A stretch of DNA of 53,349 nt from Candidatus Iainarchaeum sp. (GTDB lineage: Archaea > Iainarchaeota > Iainarchaeia > Iainarchaeales > DTGL01). Of the stretch, positions 17,301 through 26,834 are shown piece after piece (positions within the stretch are counted from its first letter, which is position 1; each line of letters begins with the position of its first letter). Under the pieces are notes generated by a model that did no database searches, was not told the origin of the DNA, and saw nothing but the letters and a program-made list of their open reading frames with translations. The stretch spans positions 1-53,349 of the forward strand of contig JAPLVS010000060.1 of NCBI GenBank assembly GCA_026396995.1. The letters run 5' to 3'. The position numbers and the translations under genes were made by a program.

Positions 17301-20300
17301 AATGGTTCTGGCTGCGCGCTCACCCAGTACAGGCAGGACACAAACCCAAGCAAGGAAATCACCTGGAGCGCCTGGGCGAATTACAGCACTGCAATAGTTT
17401 TCGGTTCCGACGGAAATTATGCAATCGACTTCAATTCAACAGACAACGTAGGGAACATGGAATCAAGCAGCAGGGCGCTTGTGAAAATCGACAAAGGCAT
17501 TGCCATAATCTGGCCGATGGAAACCTATTCATATTATTCCACTTATGACGGCAATGTGATAGTCCAATTCACGCAGGACGGCAACCACCAGCTGGATTTC
17601 AATTCAAGGGATGTTGCAGGAAACGCGGAACAGGTGCGCACTGTCTGGGTTGCAATCGACAAAACCCCGCCTGTGACAACGGACGACCTCAACACAGCAT
17701 GGCAGACCGCAAATTTTTCCATCGCCCTCACATGCAATGACAAGGCAAAGGAATGCACTTCCATAGGATACAGGCTGGACTCATCGGCTTCAAGCAGTGT
17801 TTCGATGGGGGCATGGGCCGCATATTCCACGCCGATTTCGATTTCAACAGACGGGAACTGGGCGCTGGATTACAATGCGACTGATTATGTCGGCTGGGTG
17901 GAGGCAACACACAGGATTTATGCATTGCTTGACAAGACCGCTCCGAGCACAACCGATGATGCGAACACTTCTTGGCACAACAGCAATTTTAATGTAACAC
18001 TTTCCGCAAGCGATGCAACCTCAGGCATAAAAGACACGCTTTTCTGCCTTTCAACAGGCACTTGCACCCCGAGCGTTTCAGGGAACAATGTGGCAATTAC
18101 CTGCCAGTCCGGCGCTGTCTGCAGGAACTATTTGTATTACCTTTCAACAGATGTTGCCGGAAACATTGAAAGCACCAAATCAACAGGCGAACTGAAAATA
18201 GACAGGCAGAACCCGATTGTTGTCAGCGATGCAAACACCGCCTGCCATCTTTCGGACCAGACAGTGCATTTGAGCAGTTATGACTGGAACGGTTCAGGCA
18301 TTGCAGCGACCTATTACTGCGTTGACGACACGAACACCTGCACCCCATCGGCAAGCGGCACCACGGCTGAGGTTTCCTGCGATGCGAATTCGCTCTGCCC
18401 CAAATACGTGCGCTATAATGCGACCGACCTTGCAGGCAACAGTTCAGTAACTTATTCCGCGGCCATAACAGTCGACAAAGGCGCGCCCACAACAACCACT
18501 GATGCGAACACTGCCTGGAAGAATTCGAACCAGATGATAACGCTCACTCCAAGCGACGGCGTGGGCTGCGGGGTTGCGGCAACCTATTATTGCACCGATG
18601 ACACGAACACGTGCGCTCCGACCACAAGCGGCACTTCGGTCAGCATCGATTGCAATGCGAGCAGCGTGTGCCAGAAATACTTAAGGTATTATTCGGTTGA
18701 CATCGGCGGCAGCACCGAATCCGTGAAAGCTGTTCTTGTAAGAATAGACAGGCAGGCGCCATCAGTATCGCACGATGCGAACACTGCATGGGTGAATTCA
18801 AACCAGACAGTGCACTTTACAATAAACGACGGTTCCGGCGCCGGTGGAACCCAGGCATATTATTGCACTGATGATGTGAATTCCTGCAATCCAAGCATGC
18901 TTGCTTCTTCGGCTGATGTCAACTGCGATGTGAATGCTGTCTGCCAGAAATATTTGCGCTTCAAGGGCGTTGATACCCTCGGCAACCAGGGCGAAACAGC
19001 AGCGGTCAAGATAAGGATTGACAAGAACGCCCCGATGACTGCAAGCGACGTGAACAGCGCATGGCGCTCGACAAACCACGTGGTTTACCTTACGGCGAAT
19101 GACACTGGCTCAGGCGTGCAGGCCACCTATTATTGCGGGGACATCACCAACACGTGCACCCCCAACATTGCCGACACTTCCTTCACTGTTTACGCATTGG
19201 ACAACCAGGTGGTTGTATCCTATGCCAGGTATTATTCCAAAGACAATGCAGGCAACAGTGAAAGCATTCATTCGGACATTATAAGGATGGACAAGCAGAA
19301 GCCTGCCACAACCGACGACTCGAACAGCACATGGCAGAAAACCGATGTCACTGTGCACCTCACTCCAGGCGACGGCTCTGGCTGCGGGATTGCTTCAACA
19401 TATTACTGCGTTGACGATTCCAATTCCTGCACCCCCACCACCGGCGGCACTTCGGCCAGCGTCACCTGCGAAGAAAATTCTGTCTGCCAGAAATACGTGA
19501 GGTATTATTCGACGGACAGCCTCGGCAACACAGAAACAACGAAATCCTCGACTGTCATAAGGATCGACAAGAACGCGCCTTATACCGCAGCCGACCTGAA
19601 TGCGGAATGGTATGGTGGAAACCAGAATGTCACTTTGACGCCGACCGACGGTTCTGGCTCCGGGATTGCCGCAACCTATTATTGCACTGATGACACCAAT
19701 GCCTGCGCTCCCACGACAAGCGGCACGTCAGCGAGCTTTTCCTGCGATGCGAATTCTGTCTGCTTGAAATATTTGAGGTATTATTCAAAGGACAATGCCG
19801 GAAACAATGAAGCAGTGCACGGCAAGCCTGTTAACATCGACAGCCAGAATCCTGCCTCGGCAGCAGTGTTCGAGGACGGCTGGCACGGCGATTTCAATGT
19901 GCAGGTTTCCTGCAACGATTACAACGGTTCAGGCTGTTCAACGCTTAAATACAGGATTGACAGCGGGGCGTGGACTGAACAATCGTTCGCAGGCAATGAT
20001 TCCAACATCCTTTTGAGCACAGACGGCAACCATTTGGTGGAATATTCTGCCTTGGACCTGGTTGATAACAACAGCGGCATAAAGCAGGGCTGGCTTGCCG
20101 TTGATAAAAATCCGCCGAGCATTACCATCACTGACCCGAGCACAGACCTGATGGAAAAAGGCACCCCGACAATTTCATTCAATATCGGCAGGCTCGGCGG
20201 TTCGGTCTTAAGCATTTCCTCGATTGTGGTTGACTTTAACGGAACGCCGAGCGACGACTTTGTTGCGGCAGCGGACTGCAACCAGAACGCTGCAGGAGAC

Positions 20301-21461
20301 TACAATTGCTCTTACACCGAACTGAGCTTCCCTGAAACAGACTACAATTTGAGCGTTTATGCAAAGGATGCCGCCAACAATGCGAGAAAGGCCTCAAGGG
20401 TTTTCACGCTGAAAGCGGTCATAAGCGCCAGGAATATCACGCCGTCAGGCGGGCTTGTGAAAGGAGCCAGCACAGTGCAGTTCGAGGTCAAGAACACGCT
20501 GCTTAACACGCTTTACGCGAAAATCTTTGTATCCAACTGGTTTAATGAGTTCGATTCCAATATTTCCGGCGTTCTCAACCTGAACGACCATGAAAGCATT
20601 GCCGGCCTTTCCTGCGACAGCACCGACTGGTGGACTTGGACCGAGTGCACATACGACTGGAACACTTTGGGCACCGCGGACGGCAACTATTTCATTGACC
20701 TGAATTTGTACAATGCAAGCGGAGGCACGGCCACAGCGCATTCCGCAATCCCGTTCCTTTTGGACAACACCCCGCCGGCTGCAAGCGTTACTGATGTTTC
20801 CTCAACGCCTGTTTACCTTGACAGGGTTTATTTGGGCTGCAGCGATGCAGGCTCAGGCTGCAAGCAAACCAAATGGTATTACTTCGCGACAGAGCCTTCA
20901 TGTTCCACTTCAAAGAGCGCTTACGCCCTGTCAACCACTGCCGATTATCTTGATATTGCAACAGACCACAGCGATTATATCTGCCTGTGGGCTGAAGACT
21001 TCGCGGATTTCAATGCAAGGGCTGTTTCGGCGCAATTGCATGTTGAAACAGGAGTTTACGTTGTCAGCAGCATTCCAAGCGAGTCGCTGGCTGTTGCAAC
21101 GCAGGACCTGAACAACGAGTGCCGCATGTACTTAGACCAGAACATCACAGTCGAATGTGCTTTCCAGAGCACTATCAAAATAAGCGAGTATGAAAAAGAC
21201 CTGAACCGGGTATGGCCTGACAGCCCCAGCCTGGTAGTCTCGCCAGCTAAAACCATAAGGGTGCTGGTGCAAAGCGAACTCGAGGCATTCTACAACAAGG
21301 ATTATTTCCTGAAATTCGAGAGCAATCAGCGCACCATAACAAGCCTCGGCAATGAAAGGGAATACCCGACAGTTGTTGTCAGGAGAAGGGTGATTCCTTT
21401 GCTCACGACGGCAGGCCAGCTTGAAGTCGGCACGCTCACAATAAAAGTAAGGCAGAAATGA
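14361..21461 (+). CDS. Giant (2366 aa) secreted Cys-rich surface protein with DUF2341-like and tandem Ig-like repeats
   Basis: Signal peptide (ILLLIALAALFAPVSFA), CCGDD modules, DUF2341-like domain, about 11 D-x-x-x-P-initiated repeats of about 90 aa. Confidence 0.85.
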   Translation: MRPQDKQRTAQILLLIALAALFAPVSFAQVCTGGLGVTGALDCTGTSSSACHYCDVNAMQFQIRAPDDTNTTAWIAETYSTGSGTCSSGCADETWLSSYGYTFCHAEGAYDARTKAGSQNASGYSWETSDWNTNVYTVNWDTSSDWCQCRTGSSANWFSTVSGGSNGSCCGDDTTSDDFYYYSADPTTATSLACTRCSDGTKAGPTTLYGNGYWGGTDKTTDTSGTCYYGDINCTASTAANGTSGTYYGNGYTTASQTSDLNGLCYYGDITCANGSAANGSSLTLYGNGSVFGTTCIYGDWTCANGSDSNGSSCTLACSGLSTTCCATQAYYRDTIACAESGCGYTDHDRDDGEAYCTASSSKSVSDSFTDETKVASKTDLNVDTSAGQVKLNASSQAWWNSSWGYRKPVTINNTGNSNTLTNYQVFVNVSFVSGKMKSDFNDLRFYDHDSNTALSYWIENYVASSDANVWVKVPSIPASSNKTIYMYYENGSATSDSNAEAVMLVYDDFASGTEAWTGPVCTGYSLSNSSGTAYLLEGASGDYLCDPVSRNGQEGSMEKTVTKPTGVGLDVQFDWRATSDTDGSTVTNAKISFLNSSDTTLSSTTLVAGGTADTGWNYDYNKAVISAISSETSITIVLGFWDSWTLNHVQKNYYDNIQVRQFTTPTPSASLGTEEVKLSYATSGTLTSTNLLSGYTFSSIDQFGANASSIPAGTTLKVQFSQNNSTWYNSSGSAEAWNTLSQGYNSISLSSLGWSGSNFYYKAQFDSNGSSTPLLDDINVYQAGTLGEATGCTAYTWDSTGSKCCGDDNVADSFCTSGGGSCISGSWTANHCLDGVKNCDEIGIDNGGADCNAEASDTTAPVTTSDANEQWQTANQTITLACSDGSAVGASGCQATYYCIDDYNTCEPSVAGTTAQVNCNSDDVNRQFVRFYSLDYNSNVEDVKSAYIKIDKQKPSTDNNISTAWVDSNVHVKLSCTDYNGSGCALTQYRQDTNPSKEITWSAWANYSTAIVFGSDGNYAIDFNSTDNVGNMESSSRALVKIDKGIAIIWPMETYSYYSTYDGNVIVQFTQDGNHQLDFNSRDVAGNAEQVRTVWVAIDKTPPVTTDDLNTAWQTANFSIALTCNDKAKECTSIGYRLDSSASSSVSMGAWAAYSTPISISTDGNWALDYNATDYVGWVEATHRIYALLDKTAPSTTDDANTSWHNSNFNVTLSASDATSGIKDTLFCLSTGTCTPSVSGNNVAITCQSGAVCRNYLYYLSTDVAGNIESTKSTGELKIDRQNPIVVSDANTACHLSDQTVHLSSYDWNGSGIAATYYCVDDTNTCTPSASGTTAEVSCDANSLCPKYVRYNATDLAGNSSVTYSAAITVDKGAPTTTTDANTAWKNSNQMITLTPSDGVGCGVAATYYCTDDTNTCAPTTSGTSVSIDCNASSVCQKYLRYYSVDIGGSTESVKAVLVRIDRQAPSVSHDANTAWVNSNQTVHFTINDGSGAGGTQAYYCTDDVNSCNPSMLASSADVNCDVNAVCQKYLRFKGVDTLGNQGETAAVKIRIDKNAPMTASDVNSAWRSTNHVVYLTANDTGSGVQATYYCGDITNTCTPNIADTSFTVYALDNQVVVSYARYYSKDNAGNSESIHSDIIRMDKQKPATTDDSNSTWQKTDVTVHLTPGDGSGCGIASTYYCVDDSNSCTPTTGGTSASVTCEENSVCQKYVRYYSTDSLGNTETTKSSTVIRIDKNAPYTAADLNAEWYGGNQNVTLTPTDGSGSGIAATYYCTDDTNACAPTTSGTSASFSCDANSVCLKYLRYYSKDNAGNNEAVHGKPVNIDSQNPASAAVFEDGWHGDFNVQVSCNDYNGSGCSTLKYRIDSGAWTEQSFAGNDSNILLSTDGNHLVEYSALDLVDNNSGIKQGWLAVDKNPPSITITDPSTDLMEKGTPTISFNIGRLGGSVLSISSIVVDFNGTPSDDFVAAADCNQNAAGDYNCSYTELSFPETDYNLSVYAKDAANNARKASRVFTLKAVISARNITPSGGLVKGASTVQFEVKNTLLNTLYAKIFVSNWFNEFDSNISGVLNLNDHESIAGLSCDSTDWWTWTECTYDWNTLGTADGNYFIDLNLYNASGGTATAHSAIPFLLDNTPPAASVTDVSSTPVYLDRVYLGCSDAGSGCKQTKWYYFATEPSCSTSKSAYALSTTADYLDIATDHSDYICLWAEDFADFNARAVSAQLHVETGVYVVSSIPSESLAVATQDLNNECRMYLDQNITVECAFQSTIKISEYEKDLNRVWPDSPSLVVSPAKTIRVLVQSELEAFYNKDYFLKFESNQRTITSLGNEREYPTVVVRRRVIPLLTTAGQLEVGTLTIKVRQK
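16930..20110 (+). repeat. Coding tandem Ig-like repeats (about 90 aa/270 bp units)
   Basis: Recurring APxTTxDxNxxW...DGSGxGxxxTYYCxDxxNxCxP...CxKYxRYYSxDxxGN. Confidence 0.8.
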
Positions 21462-21620
21462 TGCTTTGCGCGGGCGGCAGGGCTAGGCACGCTTACAATA
21501 AAAGCAAGGCTGGAATGAAGCCTGCGCAAGGCCTAGGTTCGCAGCTTGCAGCCCCCTAATGCAGGAATGAGGCCCGGGCAAAGCTTTGGTTCGCAGCTTG
21601 CGGTCGCATAAGGCAGAATG
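21429..21620. repeat. Degenerate tandem repeats that duplicate the 3' end of the giant gene
   Basis: 21429-21461 vs 21486-21518 match at 29/33 positions; GGTTCGCAGCTTGC occurs at 21536 and 21588. Confidence 0.7.
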
Positions 21621-21650
21621 CCCTGTTTCTTCTTCTGCCTGTTTGGAAGC

Positions 21651-22508
21651 TTAAACCCCGGGCGCCAAAAGGGATGTTGCAAGGAGGTATGCTGTCACCG
21701 AAGTGCTTAACAGTATAAGGCAGTGCTTTAAGCCTGCGACAAGGCTGTTTTCCGAGATTTTCCCAATCATCGGGCCTGCAAAAATGCTCTGCACTATCAA
21801 TAGGTTGAGGAAGTGCGCCGAAAAATCAAGTTTGGGCTTTTCCCCGGAGCCGACCTGCATGGATGAAATATCCCCGGAAAGCAGGCTGGCTGCATTGATC
21901 GAGGGCTGACTTGCTATGAGCGGCACAAAGTATACCTGGATTGCGATGATTATCATCACGAAAACATAGAACATCATGTATGCGTTGAAAAGCGTGGACA
22001 TAGTGCGGCTTTTCCTCTGGCTTTTCAGCCTTTCTATTTTTTCCACGTATTTTGCGCTTGTAGTGAAAACCTTCATGAAATTGCCGCCGGTGCGCAGGGT
22101 CTGGTTTATCACGGTAATGATTTTCCTTATGAGCTGGGAGCGGACATCGGCGAAAGTTATCTGCATTGCCTTTTCGAATGGAATGCCGAGCTTCACCTTT
22201 GCGGCAAGCCTTTTCACGTAAACGCTCAAAGGCCCGTAATCGTTCCTTGCAGTTATCTGCAATGCGTCGCTGATGTTGACGCCTGCCTGCAGGAGGTCCT
22301 TCAAATCGTCAAGGAGAACCCTGAAATTGTTCTCCATGCCTTTTATCGCCCTGTTTTTGAGGTAATAGGCCAAAACCAGCGGGCCGGCAAAGGCAATAAT
22401 CGGCACAATTATCAGGCCTGTGCCCGCCAGCAGGAAAAACAGGACAATGCTGGCGACCGCGCCTAAAAGCGCGAATTTCGCGTAGTAAAATAAAACCTCG
22501 TTTTCCAT
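21651..22508 (-). CDS. Type IV pilus membrane platform protein (TadC/ArlJ, T2SS-F domain)
   Basis: LLDDLKDLLQAGVNISDAL...DYGPLS...GIPFEKA...TGG; multiple TMs. Confidence 0.85.
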   Translation of the reverse strand: MENEVLFYYAKFALLGAVASIVLFFLLAGTGLIIVPIIAFAGPLVLAYYLKNRAIKGMENNFRVLLDDLKDLLQAGVNISDALQITARNDYGPLSVYVKRLAAKVKLGIPFEKAMQITFADVRSQLIRKIITVINQTLRTGGNFMKVFTTSAKYVEKIERLKSQRKSRTMSTLFNAYMMFYVFVMIIIAIQVYFVPLIASQPSINAASLLSGDISSMQVGSGEKPKLDFSAHFLNLLIVQSIFAGPMIGKISENSLVAGLKHCLILLSTSVTAYLLATSLLAPGV

Positions 22509-22553
22509 CTTTCCACTTTCATTTTTCCCTTTTTTGTTTTTTCAAAGCCCGGC

Positions 22554-23429
22554 TTATTCCGGGGACATAATCATCATTACTGTAATGAATAAAATGTTTG
22601 CAAGCGGTATCACGAGCCACACCCCGTAAGTTACCAACTGCTCCACGGAAAGCCCGAAAATGCCTGAATCGCTTGCGAACATCCCCAAAAGCATCACCGA
22701 AAAGAAAAGGAACAGCGGGGCGGCGATAAGGATAATGCTGTAAATTTCACCCAGCGTTTCGGCCCTTTCGGCGCTCCTTTCCAGCTGCAGCATGTATTCG
22801 AAGTATGCGTCGTCAGCGCGCTTTGCCATGAATTCCTTGAGGTCGCCGCCGCTCTTGAGGGTCGTGTTCAGTTCTTTCAGGAAGGTCTGCAGTTTTACTG
22901 ATGGCGTCAGTTCTATTTCCTTTGCCACAGCCTTGCTGAAAGACAAGCCGAGCTGGTCCATGAAGCGCTGTATTTTCGTGCATTCCTTTTCAAGCCAGGG
23001 GTAATCTGGATTGCCTGCAATCGACTGGAACATGTACTGGGGCGGCGCGCCGCCCTCGCTTATCGTGGACATTGTCAGGATTGCGAGCGGCAGATTTGCC
23101 GCAATGATTTTGTTTTTTTTGGACAATTCCATTGAAGGCCAGACCAAAGAGAATGCTGCAACTCCTGCTCCGGCGATAAAAGGCGCCATGAAAACGATGG
23201 GATTCGCTAATGTGCCTGAAAAGAACACAGCTATGGCAACAACAAAACCGAGCACTGCCGTGATGGCTGCAATGGTAAGCCAGTAGGCAAAATAATGGCC
23301 TGTGCTGTAAGGGTAATCGACAAGCGCCAGCTTTTTTTTGAGCGAATCCATTTCTATGTTTTTTGTGGCCCTGTAAAAGGTTTTTTCGGCCAGCCTGAAG
23401 ACAAGCGCTTCAAGCCTTTCCTTAAGCAT
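22554..23429 (-). CDS. Second type IV pilus membrane platform protein (TadB/TadC-like)
   Basis: NLPLAILTMSTISEGG...TPSVKLQTFL..LNTTLKSGGDL; TMs. Confidence 0.85.
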   Translation of the reverse strand: MLKERLEALVFRLAEKTFYRATKNIEMDSLKKKLALVDYPYSTGHYFAYWLTIAAITAVLGFVVAIAVFFSGTLANPIVFMAPFIAGAGVAAFSLVWPSMELSKKNKIIAANLPLAILTMSTISEGGAPPQYMFQSIAGNPDYPWLEKECTKIQRFMDQLGLSFSKAVAKEIELTPSVKLQTFLKELNTTLKSGGDLKEFMAKRADDAYFEYMLQLERSAERAETLGEIYSIILIAAPLFLFFSVMLLGMFASDSGIFGLSVEQLVTYGVWLVIPLANILFITVMMIMSPE

Positions 23430-23506
23430 TCCTGTGTCCCTCCGGCCTTCCGGGGCAGCCGGGCTTTTCTTTCAGCATTCCTGTGCCCCTCCTGCCTTCC
23501 GAATTG

Positions 23507-25768
23507 TCAGGCTTTTCCTTCAGCATTCTTGAATTCCTCCAGCCTTTTCGAGAACTCGGTGTAATCGGAAACGTTTTCTTCAGCGAGCTTTTTCATGAAA
23601 GCCGTGCGCCGTTCTATTTTTTTCTGCAGGTCCAGGAGCGGAATGCCGTGCTCCTTGCTTATCCGCTTCAGCAAAAAGCTTCTCCCGGTTATCGGGAAAA
23701 ATTCCGCAATGCTTTTGGTTGCGCCATGCAAATCCTTTATTTCCTCCAATTCCGTGTTTTCAAGCAAATCGTTGTATTCGAGCCTCAGTTCTTTCGCATT
23801 GTATTTTTTCACTTCCGCGATTGTCCTTATCTTTCTTTTTATTTCCTGCTCGCCTATAAAGCCGACATTTAAAATCACATCAACGGATTCGAGCAGCGAG
23901 GGGTAAAGGTTTATCGGGGGAGTGGTGAGCCTTGAGACAACATCATCAACCGACCTTGCGTGCAGTGTGGCCATAGAGCAGTGGCCTGACGCCATTCCCT
24001 GGAACAATACGAATGTTTCCTTTCCCCTTACTTCACCGACAATTAGATAGTCGGGCCTTTGCCTGAAGGATTCCATTATAAGCGTCATCATGTCGACTTC
24101 ACCGAAGCGCTTTCCTGTTGCATCAGGCGGCCCAAATCCCTGCCTTGCCACCTGGGGCAGCCAGTTCTCGTGCTTGATGTTCAGTTCCCTTGTGTCTTCG
24201 ATTGAAACAACCCTGTTCCCGTAGGGGATGAACATTGAAACAGCATTCAATATGGTTGTTTTTCCGCTTGCGGTCGGCCCGGTGATAAGAATGGATTTTC
24301 TGAATTCAATCACTGTCCAAAGGTATGCCGCAATCCTTGCGCTCATTGTGCCGTTCCTGACGAGCAGGCTTGGCGGCAGCGGCTTTTCAGGGAAAAGCCT
24401 GATGGTAAAACTGGGGCCTTTTGTTGAAACGGATTTTGTGAGCACCGCGTTTATCCTTGAACCGTCAGGCAGGACAGAGTCAACGAGCGGCGAGGCGTAG
24501 GAAACATATGTTTTGGAGAGCTGCGCAAGCTTGATTATAAAATCTTCCAGCGTTTCCATGTTCTTGAAAACAATGTTTGTGGCGACATGGCCCTGTTTTT
24601 GGTGCACGACATACACCGGAATGTCGGTGCCGTCGCATTCAATATCTTCTATGAGGGGATCGTGCATCAAAGGCTCTATCCTTTCAAGGCCTAACAGGTC
24701 CCTTGACAGGTAATACATGAGCTTATGCCTTCCCTGGCTTGAAAATGTGTAGCCGCGCTTTGAAATTATGCTTTCGACTTTCTCAAACATTTTTTCGCGG
24801 CTCAATTCCTCTATTGTTATGACTTCGATGAGCTCGTTTTTTATTTTTGTGATTTTATCACGTTCCTCATCGCTCAGGTCCGGTTCTATAATGTAATACA
24901 CTTTTTGGCCCTGCGCCCTAGAAATGATTTTGCCGTAAGCGTATCCCGGAATCAGGGTTATGAGGTCCTTTGTGTCCTGTGTGACTTCGGTTTTTTTGCC
25001 TTCGGCGAAAAGCGTTTCTTTCAGTGAGAGAATGGTTTCAGCGTGCTGGTCTTCTCCGGGTTCAACCTTCCTGAAGTCTTCGGTTGTGGTCTTTTCAGCA
25101 AGGCCTGAACCGGTGGCAAAAATAGGCACCTTAAAGACTTCCTGTATCTTTTCGCCTGTCTGAATTCCTCTGCTGCCGAACATCTTTCTTACAGACTCTG
25201 TCCTTTTTGCCATTGAAGAAATTGTTTTTGCGATTCCGCTGCCGAACCCAGGCGCTTTTCTTGCCTTTTGGCCGGGTTCGGTCTCAAGTTCGCCTATTTC
25301 GCCTTTCTCTGCCTTGCCTTCAACAAACAGAGACCTGACCCTGGTGATTGCTGACTGCCCGCCTTTCACAGGCCCAGGAATGCCTTTGCCGCCGGAAAAA
25401 ACGCCTGCGATTTTTTCCTTTGCCCCGCGGCTCCCGGCAATCACTATAAAGCCGGCTTCAACAGAAAAATCCCCTGCAATCCTGCCGTATAAATTGAATG
25501 CCTTCACGAATTCTTTTACAGATTCCTTTTCGGTTTTTTCCCTTGAACTGAGCTTTTTTCCGGAAATTTCTTCCGCAAGCCAGGCTGCCGCCTCCTTGCT
25601 GACTGCCTCCTTTTTCTGCATTTCCCTCAGAGCCAGCAGCAGGTTTTTCGGCTTGAAGTCTTTTCCCTGGAGGGCATCTTCAAGGAACAAAAGCCCTGAA
25701 AGGCGGCCCTTGAGAGCGGAAAGCATTTCCTGCCTGGCTTCAAGCCTTTCGGCGGTCTCAATTGTCAT
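23507..25768 (-). CDS. Type II/IV secretion (pilus assembly) ATPase, ArlI/TadA-like, with a long N-terminal extension
   Basis: DPLIEDIECDG, LPDGSRI, Walker A GPTASGKT, SIEDTREL, RQRPDYLIVGEVRG, GH...TLHA. Confidence 0.92.
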   Translation of the reverse strand: MTIETAERLEARQEMLSALKGRLSGLLFLEDALQGKDFKPKNLLLALREMQKKEAVSKEAAAWLAEEISGKKLSSREKTEKESVKEFVKAFNLYGRIAGDFSVEAGFIVIAGSRGAKEKIAGVFSGGKGIPGPVKGGQSAITRVRSLFVEGKAEKGEIGELETEPGQKARKAPGFGSGIAKTISSMAKRTESVRKMFGSRGIQTGEKIQEVFKVPIFATGSGLAEKTTTEDFRKVEPGEDQHAETILSLKETLFAEGKKTEVTQDTKDLITLIPGYAYGKIISRAQGQKVYYIIEPDLSDEERDKITKIKNELIEVITIEELSREKMFEKVESIISKRGYTFSSQGRHKLMYYLSRDLLGLERIEPLMHDPLIEDIECDGTDIPVYVVHQKQGHVATNIVFKNMETLEDFIIKLAQLSKTYVSYASPLVDSVLPDGSRINAVLTKSVSTKGPSFTIRLFPEKPLPPSLLVRNGTMSARIAAYLWTVIEFRKSILITGPTASGKTTILNAVSMFIPYGNRVVSIEDTRELNIKHENWLPQVARQGFGPPDATGKRFGEVDMMTLIMESFRQRPDYLIVGEVRGKETFVLFQGMASGHCSMATLHARSVDDVVSRLTTPPINLYPSLLESVDVILNVGFIGEQEIKRKIRTIAEVKKYNAKELRLEYNDLLENTELEEIKDLHGATKSIAEFFPITGRSFLLKRISKEHGIPLLDLQKKIERRTAFMKKLAEENVSDYTEFSKRLEEFKNAEGKA

Positions 25769-26091
25769 TCAGGCACAGCCTCCGACAGGCTTCCGATGCC
25801 TGAACTTTCAGCCCTCTTTTTATAGGATTCCTTGAGCTCGCCAATTATTTTCCCGAGTTCTATAACATCCCTGTCAAGCCTTTCCTGCATGCTTTCAAGG
25901 ACTTTTTCAAGGCCGAGCGCCTGCTTGCCTGCTTTTTCGTCTTCAATGCCGTCGCCCATTGCGGAATCCACGGCTTTGTCCCGCAGCGCACTCCTGCTTT
26001 TGCAGATTGAGCGCATTTCCTCGAGTTCTTTTATGCATTTTTCAGCCGCCCCTATCGATTCCTTCAGTTTTTCAGACGCATTCAGCTCCAT
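25765..26091 (-). CDS. Small coiled-coil protein in the pilus operon
   Basis: 108 aa, E/K/L-rich; overlaps both neighbours. Confidence 0.6.
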   Translation of the reverse strand: MELNASEKLKESIGAAEKCIKELEEMRSICKSRSALRDKAVDSAMGDGIEDEKAGKQALGLEKVLESMQERLDRDVIELGKIIGELKESYKKRAESSGIGSLSEAVPE

Positions 26092-26834
26092 ACAGCATCA
26101 CTCGCCCAAACCCTTATGAAATCGGAACCGCTTTCAAGCCTGAAATGCACATTGTAGCTGTGCCCTGTTCCGTAAATGCTTGCCTTTATTTCGCCCCATC
26201 CCTGGTTGTAGCCGCTTTTCGTGAACGCGGTGGCAATGTTTGCGTCCTCGCCAGCATGGCTGTCCATGTAAAAATCGACAAGCGCGTTCAGGTCCGCCGA
26301 GGAATCCTTGAACCTCACTTTTTGGACAAGGTTGCGCGCCTTCATTGCCGTGTTCGAGTCCAGTTTTTTTATTGCAAGGTAAATGTGCTCGTTTTCCAGG
26401 ACCAGGACATTTACATCATTGAGCGTGCTTTCATATGCGTCCACTTCCACGCTCACGCCTAAAAAATAATTGCCCTGGCTTTGCCTGGTCCTCGGGTTCA
26501 TGACCTGTGCGTCGGTTTCCTTTTTCACCGTAATCATTTCCGAAGTGCCGTTCACGTCCATCGAATCCTCGGCCAGGCTTACGCTTATCTTCCTCTGCGA
26601 ATCAGTGCCTTCGGCAGAAACAATCGAAATGGTTTTGTCCATTTCCTTGAGCGTCGATTCAAGGTTTTTTATCTCCCCCAAATCCTGCAGCCTGTTAAGG
26701 TAGGGAACGCCTATCTGCAGGACAATGGAAACAACAACAATGCTTATCAGCATGGAAATGACAGCGCTGATAAGGGGGCTCACGCCGCGGGAGAACGTGG
26801 TGTTCCTGTCAGTCCTTTTCCCCTGTTTTTTCAT
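26082..26834 (-). CDS. Class III signal peptide protein (pilin-like)
   Basis: SRG|VSPLISAVISMLISIVVVSIVL. Confidence 0.85.
   Translation of the reverse strand: MKKQGKRTDRNTTFSRGVSPLISAVISMLISIVVVSIVLQIGVPYLNRLQDLGEIKNLESTLKEMDKTISIVSAEGTDSQRKISVSLAEDSMDVNGTSEMITVKKETDAQVMNPRTRQSQGNYFLGVSVEVDAYESTLNDVNVLVLENEHIYLAIKKLDSNTAMKARNLVQKVRFKDSSADLNALVDFYMDSHAGEDANIATAFTKSGYNQGWGEIKASIYGTGHSYNVHFRLESGSDFIRVWASDAVWS

Noticed and set aside
21429-21518. Gene 3' end plus a near-copy as a diversity-generating retroelement VR/TR pair
   Set aside because: Only 33 bp, the mismatches are not adenine-specific, and no reverse transcriptase is present.
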